Source: Candidatus Peribacteria bacterium (lineage in GTDB: Bacteria > Patescibacteriota > Gracilibacteria > Peribacterales > Peribacteraceae). From it: a stretch of 64,000 nucleotides of DNA. The stretch lies in the NCBI GenBank assembly GCA_041691135.1, contig JBEPVF010000001.1:1-64000 (forward strand). Direction: 5' to 3'. The translations under genes were made by a program, and so were the position numbers. Below, one piece after another: positions 56,700 to 64,000 of this stretch (position 1 is its first letter; each line of letters starts with the position of its first letter). The notes under the pieces are model-generated. The model did not search any database, was not told where the DNA came from, and was given only the letters and a program-made list of their open reading frames with translations.

Positions 56700-57149
56700 A
56701 TGCCAAATTTTCTTCGCGAATTCAAGGCGTTTGCCGCCCGTGGCAATGTGATCGATATGGCCGTCGGTATTGCGATCGGTGCGGCGTTCGGCAAGATCGT
56801 CTCGTCGTTCGTCGATGATATTCTGATGCCGCCACTGGGAGTGGTGGCGGGTAAAGTGGATTTTGCCGATCTCTACTTCAATTTGTCGGGTGGTCACTAT
56901 AGCTCGCTCGCGCAGGCTAAGGCGGCCGGTGCGGCGACGTTGAACTACGGACTCTTCGTCAATCAGGTCATTAATTTTTTGATTGTGTCCTTCGCGATTT
57001 TTCTGATGTTACGCCAGATCAATAAACTGAAAAGAGGCACGAAACAAAACGAAGCACCCACGCTTCGCGATTGTCCCTTCTGTCTGTCAGCCATTCCGGT
57101 AAAGGCAACACGGTGCTCGGCCTGCACGTCGCAGCTGTCTGCAGCTTAA
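56700..57149 (+). CDS. mscL: large-conductance mechanosensitive channel with C-terminal Zn-ribbon
   Basis: [29 protein letters not shown]...RC..CTS. Confidence 0.95.
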   Translation: MPNFLREFKAFAARGNVIDMAVGIAIGAAFGKIVSSFVDDILMPPLGVVAGKVDFADLYFNLSGGHYSSLAQAKAAGAATLNYGLFVNQVINFLIVSFAIFLMLRQINKLKRGTKQNEAPTLRDCPFCLSAIPVKATRCSACTSQLSAA

Positions 57150-57184
57150 TGAATAGCTGCGCTGTACAAATATACCGAGGTAGT

Positions 57185-57405
57185 AGTGATCGCCATCAGT
57201 GTTCCTGCTATTGCCAGATAGAAGAGCGGGTTATCCGTGGTCAGCCGATGCCAGTATGGGAGAGTGTGCATACGAGAGAGGAATAAAGTCTCCTTCGGAA
57301 CCCTGGTCACTAGTCCTCTTGTTTCCTATCTTCCTGTTCCAGAGAAAGAAAGGAAGGAAGAGGAGGTCGAAGGCCCGAAGGAGCACATCCGATGACGCGG
57401 TCGCT
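57185..57405 (+). ncRNA. candidate structured ncRNA (possibly 6S-like; unassigned)
   Basis: 5' and 3' ends pair over three segments with G.U wobbles; internal purine/pyrimidine hairpin; no credible ORF. Confidence 0.4.
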
Positions 57406-57593
57406 GAACGCTTTCTTACCGAAAGTCCTTGCCTGATACCGTAAAAAATGCGGAATCCCTTTTGTAGAGCGGATTTATCGATTATCTGACCATAAAAAAA
57501 CGATTCGTACAAAGTATATTTGCTGAAACTTCATGGCGGATCGGTAGTGTTGGTCTTTGTCAGGAATTTTTATTTTTTACTCCTTGTACTTAT

Positions 57594-58061
57594 ATGAAAC
57601 GCACGTTGCTTGCAGCAGCCACGGCTGTCCTGCTCACAGTTTCTTTGACAGCGCCGGCCTTTGCTGACGATACCAGTTCATCCTCCTCCTCATCTTCGGC
57701 GATGAATCACCTGACGGCTGATAAAAAGGTGGCAAAAAAATCAGTTGATTCTGTCTGTGCTCAAACAGCTGTCGATACACGTGAAGCAGCGCTCGGTACT
57801 GCCATCGGTGCATTTGGGACGAGCTTGTCGGCGGCATACGCCACTCGCGCCACCGCTCTGCATACTGCATGGAGCTTGACGGATGTGAAGCAACGCAGGA
57901 CATCGGTCAAAGCGGCCTGGAAAACTTTCCGCGATGCGAAGAAGGGTGCTGCCAAAGGCTGGAGCGATGCGCGTAAAGCGGCGTGGAGTGCATTTTCTGC
58001 CAGTGCCAAAACATGTAAGGGAGTGGATACCACACTCGAGGATGCCAATGCTGACCAGTAG
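57594..58061 (+). CDS. secreted helical protein
   Basis: Signal peptide AFA, Ser linker, Ala/Lys/Trp helices with a Cys pair. Confidence 0.75.
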   Translation: MKRTLLAAATAVLLTVSLTAPAFADDTSSSSSSSSAMNHLTADKKVAKKSVDSVCAQTAVDTREAALGTAIGAFGTSLSAAYATRATALHTAWSLTDVKQRRTSVKAAWKTFRDAKKGAAKGWSDARKAAWSAFSASAKTCKGVDTTLEDANADQ

Positions 58062-58076
58062 GAATATGTGTTCTTC

Positions 58077-58105
58077 AAAAGCCGTCCAGATGGACGGCTT
58101 TTTTT
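58077..58105 (+). terminator. rho-independent terminator
   Basis: AAAAGCCGTCC-AGAT-GGACGGCTTTTTTT. Confidence 0.85.
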
Positions 58106-58169
58106 GAATCTATTGTGTGAATGCAAAAAAAGAGCGAGGGCCTAGAATCCCCGCTCTTTCTATTCTCTG

Positions 58170-58268
58170 CTACTGATTGTCCATCTTGCTGCTACTGCCG
58201 CTACTGGACGAAGAGCCTTGCTGCTCGGTATTTTGACCTTGCTGCTGACCTTGCTGGCGATTTTCCAT
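58170..58268 (-). CDS. tiny Gln/Ser-rich peptide (MENRQQGQQQGQNTEQQGSSSSSGSSSKMDNQ)
   Basis: ORF read manually; CAGCAAGG repeats; followed by a hairpin plus T-tract on the minus strand. Confidence 0.35.
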   Translation of the reverse strand: MENRQQGQQQGQNTEQQGSSSSSGSSSKMDNQ

Positions 58269-58434
58269 ACACAATGGGGGAAAGAGAAATAGAAAGTAGA
58301 ATTGCTTCCGATCGGTGCGCATACTCCATGACGATTACCGACAGCGGCCTCTTACAGAACGGTTGAATTTTGTGGCGAGCGGTATAGAAAGGCGATTGAA
58401 TCGTTTGTCTTTTGCGGGTAGCGTGGTGTCGTCT

Positions 58435-59811
58435 ATGAAGAAGATGCGCACCGAAGGCGATTCGCTCGGTGATGTCTCGATTCCGGCTGATCGTCTGTAT
58501 GGCGCTTCCACCGCGCGCGCAGTGGAGAATTTTCGCGTGAGTGCTCTGCGATTGCCGACTTCCTTTGTACACAGCCTCGCCCGCATCAAACGTGCGGCTG
58601 CCCAGGCGAATGCGGAGTTGGAACTGCTTACCGCTGATCGCTGCGATGTCATCTGCGCAGCGTGCGATGCGATCGTTGATGGAAAATACGACGAAGAGTT
58701 TGTACTGGACGTGTTCCAAACCGGTTCCGGTACCAGTACGAATATGAATATGAACGAAGTGATTGCAAATGTAGCGAACCAGGCGCTCGGCAGAGCATTG
58801 GGTTCGCATGATCCCGTGCATCCTAATGATCACGTGAACCTGGGTCAGTCGAGCAACGATGTATTTCCGACGGCGATGCACGTAGCGGCAGTCGTCGTCA
58901 TGACGCGCGAGTTGCTGCCAGCATTGGAAAAATTGAAACAATCATTGGATCAAAAAGCGAAAGCATGGCGGCCGATTTTTAAAAACGGACGCACGCATTT
59001 GCAGGATGCGACGCCTGTATCCCTGGGCGAGGAGTTTTCCGCTTACGCCGAGCAGATCCGTAAAGCGGTCATCCGTTTGCAGCAAGCGCGTGATGAGCTG
59101 CTGGAGTTGCCGCTGGGCGGGACAGCCGTGGGGACTGGCATCAATACACATCCGAATTTCTCGGCGTTGGTGCTGAAGCGACTCTCGAAGGAAGATGGTG
59201 TGACGTACCGCGAGGCGTCGAATCACTTTGAGGCGAATGCCAGTCGCGATGCATGCGTCGCCGTCAGCGGCGCACTCAAGACAATGGCAGTTTCACTGTC
59301 GAAAATTGCGGACGACATTCGTTGGATGTCATCGGATGTGATCGGCGAACTTCGTCTTCCGGTCATGCAACCCGGCAGCAGTATTATGCCGGGGAAGGTG
59401 AATCCAGTCATTTGCGAATCACTTCTACAAGTTTGTGCCCGAGTAATCGGCAACGATACGACCGTCACCTTGGCCGGATTGGGCGGTAACTTCGAGCTCA
59501 ACACCATGTTGCCGGTTATGACGCATGCATTGCTTGAATCGCTGGCGATTCTAAGCGGTGCAGTGACCATGTTCGATATGAAATGCGTGCAATTACTGGA
59601 GGCATGTGACGAGCGCATGAAAGAGAAACTCGCACGCAACCCGATGCTCGCCACGGCACTCGTGCCGCTCGTCGGCTACGATCGTGCCGCATTGATCGCA
59701 AAAAAAAGCCGCGACGAGCACATGTCTGTGCGCGATGCGGCTGTTGCTGCCGGGGTTGCCGCGGATGAAGTGGATCGATTGCTTGCGTCCGCCTTACAGA
59801 GACACGATTAA
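58435..59811 (+). CDS. fumC: class II fumarate hydratase
   Basis: QTGSGTSTNMN, HPNDHVN..QSSND, GRTHLQDA, GSSIMPGKVNP. Confidence 0.9.
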   Translation: MKKMRTEGDSLGDVSIPADRLYGASTARAVENFRVSALRLPTSFVHSLARIKRAAAQANAELELLTADRCDVICAACDAIVDGKYDEEFVLDVFQTGSGTSTNMNMNEVIANVANQALGRALGSHDPVHPNDHVNLGQSSNDVFPTAMHVAAVVVMTRELLPALEKLKQSLDQKAKAWRPIFKNGRTHLQDATPVSLGEEFSAYAEQIRKAVIRLQQARDELLELPLGGTAVGTGINTHPNFSALVLKRLSKEDGVTYREASNHFEANASRDACVAVSGALKTMAVSLSKIADDIRWMSSDVIGELRLPVMQPGSSIMPGKVNPVICESLLQVCARVIGNDTTVTLAGLGGNFELNTMLPVMTHALLESLAILSGAVTMFDMKCVQLLEACDERMKEKLARNPMLATALVPLVGYDRAALIAKKSRDEHMSVRDAAVAAGVAADEVDRLLASALQRHD

Positions 59812-59823
59812 GAAAACCAGGGC

Positions 59824-60105
59824 TTAGTAGGTCGAGTAATAAGATGACGACTCAGGCGATCCCGTACCGGTCATATCGCCTATGCTGGATGTTTGCCCAT
59901 AGTCTTCGCTGACGCTGGAATAGTCATCCGATGCATAGGATCCGTTCGTGGTTGCACCCGTATCAGCTGTATTGCTGCAAGCAACAACAAACAGAGCGGA
60001 CAGGAAGACAAGGCCAGTGGATGCCGATGATGTGCGGGCAGAAGTGTGCATATGTTCGTTGGAGACGAATGGGCGTCCTGTTTCTTGCAGGGATTTCTCT
60101 GTCAA
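59824..60105 (-). CDS. small putative lipoprotein
   Basis: LFVVAC lipobox, Ser/Thr/Tyr-rich tail; start uncertain. Confidence 0.45.
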   Translation of the reverse strand: MTEKSLQETGRPFVSNEHMHTSARTSSASTGLVFLSALFVVACSNTADTGATTNGSYASDDYSSVSEDYGQTSSIGDMTGTGSPESSSYYSTY

Positions 60106-60329
60106 CGCCCGCTAGCGATTATTGCAATTTACTTAAAAATGTTTTTATTTGTCATAACTACAAAATGCAATAATAGACAAAAACGGCTTCAAATTTTGAG
60201 GAATCTCGGTCGCTTTATCTATTGCAAATCAATTTAAATTTCTTGCAATAAAATGTTTGTAAGTCTTGTCTCCCTTTCCGTCTATGCCTAGCCTCGGGAA
60301 GCTCCCTTATTTTTTACCCCCGCAACCGC

Positions 60330-62222
60330 ATGCGGAAATTTTCTTTCGTCTTGCACAGAGATGTGCAACGCTTTCCCCGAAAAATCGCCACCTCTCTTTT
60401 GGTGCTAACACTATGCTCCACTTTGGCGTGGGCATGGTCAACTGGTCCGGTCGTGAAGGCTGCCGATCAGAGTCCCAACCTCGAAAGCTGGTGGCCGGCT
60501 GATGGCGCCAAGCTGTCTGGTGTTCAGCCTTTTAAGGCGCTCATGAAGGATCGCGCCGCGGATACGTACGATATGTATTGGCAAGTCGATGGCGGTCAGC
60601 TCAATCCAATGCAAACCAATTCGCAAGATGACCCGCATAAAGAGTCGCAGGTGGATCTATCGAGCTGGAATTGGAATGCCTCCGGAAAATATAGCATCAC
60701 CTTTGTGGCTGTGGACCCGCAGGGACAAACTGTCGGCCAACGGACTCTGACAATCCAGAAGGATGGCGTGACACCCGTGGTGGCCCAAGCTCCTTCAAGC
60801 AGTTCGTCTTCCAGTCAAAGCAGCATAAGCTCTTTCTCTTCATCCCTGATTTCTTCGTCAATCAATCAAACGGCGAGTGTCGCATCGGTAAATTCACAAT
60901 CGACTTCGTCAGCCGTTTCGGTTGCGAGCAGCACACCCGTCGCCCAGCAGAGGAAGCTCAATATTTGGTGGCCGATCAACGGCGTAACAGTACAGGGCAG
61001 TCAGCCGCTTAAGGCGCAGTTGGAAAACACTGACATGCAAGCCTACAACGTAACATGGGATGTCGACGGCGGTCAGTTGAACCCGATGGTCAGTAATTAT
61101 AAAGATGCGCCGCACAAAGAGGCACAGGTCGATGTAAGCGGTTGGAAGTGGCATGGCAGCGGTCCGTACGTTCTCACCTTTAGAGCAACGGACGCCAACA
61201 AGCATCTCATTGCAACGCAAAGTGTGACGATATATAACGGATCACCTGATCAAATCGGCGTACCGGTATCGTCTGTACAGTCGACATTGTCGAACTCAAC
61301 ATCATCGAATTCATCGCAGATTGTGGTTAATTTGGGCCCGACGAATAATCTTTTTGCCGGGGCGAAATTATACGTGAATCAGAATTCCGATGCCAAACAT
61401 CAGGCCGATGCATGGCGACAGAGTCGTCCGGCGGATGCGGTGCAATTGGATAAGATCGCCGCGCAGCCCGAGACGTGGTGGTTCGGCAACTGGAACAGCA
61501 ACCTTTCCGGTGATGTGAGCAACGCGATCAATACGGCAAAAAATCAAAATGCCCTTCCGGTCTTCGTCGCCTATAATATCCCGCAGCGTGATTGCGGCGG
61601 TTATTCATCCGGTGGTTCATCGGACAGCGATGCGTACCGTACATGGATCCGCACGCTTGCCAGTGGCATCGGCAACAATAAAGCTGTCGTTATCCTCGAG
61701 CCCGATGCGTTGGCAGGCATGACGTGTCTGTCTCAGGGCGATCAGGATACACGCGTGTCACTCCTCAAGGAGGCGGTGCAAACGCTGAAATCGCAGGGCA
61801 ACGTCGCGGTGTATCTCGATGCCGGACATCCGGGCTGGATAGACAGCGCCGATATGGCATCCCGGCTGAAGCGTGCAGGCATTGACCAAGCCGACGGGTT
61901 TGCACTGAATGTTTCAAACTTCAGTACCGATGATGCGAACAAGTCCTACGGGGAGGCCATCTCGCGCAACGTGAACGGCAAACACTTCATCGTCGACACG
62001 GGACGCAATGGACTCGGCCCGGCGGGCAATAACGAATGGTGTAACCCGTGGGGACGTGCACTCGGTCGCAAACCGACGACGGATACCGGCAACGGTCTGA
62101 TCGATGCCTACCTGTGGGTGAAGGGGCCGGGCGGTTCCGATGGGCAATGCAACGGCGGTCCGGCAGCCGGAATTTGGTGGGGGGACTATGCATTGGGCTT
62201 GGCGCAGAAGGCGGCTTGGTAA
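60330..62222 (+). CDS. glycoside hydrolase family 6 with two tandem N-terminal beta-domains
   Basis: Y.IPQRDCG, ILEPDAL, YLDAGH.GW, NVSNF, DTGRNG, WCNP.GR, WVK.PG.SDG. Confidence 0.93.
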   Translation: MRKFSFVLHRDVQRFPRKIATSLLVLTLCSTLAWAWSTGPVVKAADQSPNLESWWPADGAKLSGVQPFKALMKDRAADTYDMYWQVDGGQLNPMQTNSQDDPHKESQVDLSSWNWNASGKYSITFVAVDPQGQTVGQRTLTIQKDGVTPVVAQAPSSSSSSSQSSISSFSSSLISSSINQTASVASVNSQSTSSAVSVASSTPVAQQRKLNIWWPINGVTVQGSQPLKAQLENTDMQAYNVTWDVDGGQLNPMVSNYKDAPHKEAQVDVSGWKWHGSGPYVLTFRATDANKHLIATQSVTIYNGSPDQIGVPVSSVQSTLSNSTSSNSSQIVVNLGPTNNLFAGAKLYVNQNSDAKHQADAWRQSRPADAVQLDKIAAQPETWWFGNWNSNLSGDVSNAINTAKNQNALPVFVAYNIPQRDCGGYSSGGSSDSDAYRTWIRTLASGIGNNKAVVILEPDALAGMTCLSQGDQDTRVSLLKEAVQTLKSQGNVAVYLDAGHPGWIDSADMASRLKRAGIDQADGFALNVSNFSTDDANKSYGEAISRNVNGKHFIVDTGRNGLGPAGNNEWCNPWGRALGRKPTTDTGNGLIDAYLWVKGPGGSDGQCNGGPAAGIWWGDYALGLAQKAAW

Positions 62223-62308
62223 ATGGAAATAAAAAATCAGAAGATAAAATTCAGCTACCGCACAACTCCCAATGTTCGAATGATTGCATTGGGAGTTGGC
62301 CGTGGCAT

Positions 62309-64000
62309 TCACACTGTTATCCCGTTCGCATTCTCGGTGTGGCTCCACTGCCACAACATAAACCAGTACCAACTTTTTTCGTAGAACGAGGATGAGTTGG
62401 GCAGTCGCAATTCGCCGGGTGCGAAGACGAATGACTCCAGTACACTCTTGGCTTGCGACGGGTTCGTTACGGTCCACACGCTAACCGGTGCGGCGAGCGA
62501 ACCCATATCAAAGTGGCAGGTGTCGGTGGTCGAAGAGAAAATGTACAAATTGCAGAGGCGATTGTCGCTGTTCCATTCGGTATCGTACGCGGTGATCTTG
62601 CTAAGATAGCTGCTCGCGGCCGGGTCATGCGATGTTGTGGAGTCCTGTGCGACGCGCCACAGCGTTCGAAATGCATCGAATGACACGTCGAGACTGCCGG
62701 GCTTGGCGCTGAACGGCGCGTAGGTATTCGTGCTCAGATCAAGCTGCATCCAATCGGGCGGCATGTATTTGCCTTTCTGACTTTCCACCAATTGCGAACC
62801 GGCCAGCAAGTCCTGATACCCCGTTTGTATCACGCCTTGCCAATCGTGCGATGGATCGAACTGTGCGAACAAGCGGTACGCCTGGGGAGAAAAATAGGAT
62901 GGATTGATGACCAGTGTGCCCGATTCGCTGGCCCAATTGCCGGCGATGACATGTCTGCCGCTGTCGGAAACTGCTGTTTCCCGTGACCAAATTCCGGCGA
63001 TGATGGGCTTGGCATCCGCAATGTACGCCGGCTTCGCCCATCGTTGTCCGGCCAGTAGCAGCGTGTTTGCCATATCCGTGTCGGCGTCGGTGGCTGAATT
63101 GGAATCATCGATCACCGCTCGTCCTGCTGCATCCACCGTGAACTTCCAGGCGAACAATCCGTCGGGCCGTCGTAAGTGCGTCTTCGTCCACTGCCATACA
63201 CGGTCGAATGTTTCGGGATCATCCACGCGCAGCGCCTGCATCATCGCATAACTCTGTGATTCGGTATTGCCTTTGCGGTTTTCATCCAGATAGTAGCCGT
63301 TCTCAAAATCAGGTTTCAGGCGGTTCCAATAAAAATCAAGCAGCTCACTCTTTACCGTGCCTTTGGAATCGGCCAGTTCCTGTGCCGTCAACTTGATCGG
63401 TTGAGGTTCGCGCATCGTTGCGTAGACAGTGGAGGGATTCCAGTTGCTCAGGGCCGGATTGAGCGCTGGAATAGTACTGACACTGTATCCGCGTTTTTTT
63501 ACGGCTTGCAGCAGGTGGTTCTCGTTGAGTTTGTACAGACGCCGCTCGCCGTTTTGGAGGACAAGATCGTAGTACTGCGTAAATTCTTTCGAATCGCCCC
63601 ATTGGCGCAGGACCGGTTCGTGCTGCTTTGCCCAGTCGTCACGTTGTTTGGTGGGATCGTGCATGATCACCCACTGCGCGAAGAACCATGGCTCCTTCAT
63701 GACCTGGTCGAAGTAGCGGTAGTTGCCCTCATAAATATAATCGTTGAGTGGCACGCCCGCCGCGGCAAAAATAGGATCGTTGTCCACGCGGGCCGACAGA
63801 ACTTTACCGTTGGTGTAGTGAGCTTTGAGATAGTCTGCCACCTCGATCTGTGCCGCAACCGGCGAATTGAAATTACGCCTGATCACATCGAAGTGACCGA
63901 TGAACACGATGCGAATGAACTGATAGGCCATGAAGATGATGAGCAATCCAAGCAGCACCCGTCCGAGTGAGCGGATGAACGAGTGGAGCCATACACGTGC
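62309..64000 (-). CDS. membrane-anchored protein with a C-terminal glycoside hydrolase family 8 domain (N-terminus likely beyond window)
   Basis: TESQSYAM, FDRVWQWT..HL, FAWK, SATDAD, NPSYFSP, SFDAFR. Confidence 0.88.
   Translation of the reverse strand, partial: ARVWLHSFIRSLGRVLLGLLIIFMAYQFIRIVFIGHFDVIRRNFNSPVAAQIEVADYLKAHYTNGKVLSARVDNDPIFAAAGVPLNDYIYEGNYRYFDQVMKEPWFFAQWVIMHDPTKQRDDWAKQHEPVLRQWGDSKEFTQYYDLVLQNGERRLYKLNENHLLQAVKKRGYSVSTIPALNPALSNWNPSTVYATMREPQPIKLTAQELADSKGTVKSELLDFYWNRLKPDFENGYYLDENRKGNTESQSYAMMQALRVDDPETFDRVWQWTKTHLRRPDGLFAWKFTVDAAGRAVIDDSNSATDADTDMANTLLLAGQRWAKPAYIADAKPIIAGIWSRETAVSDSGRHVIAGNWASESGTLVINPSYFSPQAYRLFAQFDPSHDWQGVIQTGYQDLLAGSQLVESQKGKYMPPDWMQLDLSTNTYAPFSAKPGSLDVSFDAFRTLWRVAQDSTTSHDPAASSYLSKITAYDTEWNSDNRLCNLYIFSSTTDTCHFDMGSLAAPVSVWTVTNPSQAKSVLESFVFAPGELRLPNSSSFYEKSWYWFMLWQWSHTENANGITV

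Noticed and set aside
57150-57500. RNase P RNA, tmRNA or SRP RNA
   Set aside because: No GAGGAAAGTCC P4 strand, no tRNA-like ends, and no clean SRP domain IV motif.
1-64000. Alternative genetic code (TGA = Gly, as in Gracilibacteria)
   Set aside because: Conserved genes such as res, holA and the ABC ATPase end correctly at TGA, and long ORFs are intact under code 11.

Overview
Bacterial chromosome window, probably a CPR/Patescibacteria (Peribacteria-like) genome; this is inferred from the SLH-domain proteins, GH6/GH8 genes and gene style. TGA is used as a stop. The main result is two nested serine-integrase islands at one tRNA-Tyr(GTA) gene. Island A (2308-18155, 15,848 bp) integrated at a CC dinucleotide at the end of the T-loop. 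It splits the host tRNA into a 5' piece (2236-2307) and a 3' piece (18154-18169) and carries a complete, recoded replacement tRNA-Tyr (2449-2534). It also encodes a type III R-M system with an OLD nuclease between mod and res, a TM0106-type nuclease, an SLH protein and two serine recombinases. Island B (18164-29851, about 11.7 kb) sits at the CCA end of the same tRNA. Its attP lies inside its own integrase gene, so the inferred native C-terminus is stranded 11.7 kb away (29758-29850). Island B carries a copper-resistance cluster and an Ntn-hydrolase-fold gene. Both islands share a distantly homologous uncharacterised protein. The rest is host backbone: MacB-type ABC systems, a two-component system, a P1B ATPase, trhO, holA, greA, carB, mscL, fumC, SLH/cohesin proteins, GH6 and GH8, heptamer palindromic repeats and a candidate structured ncRNA.
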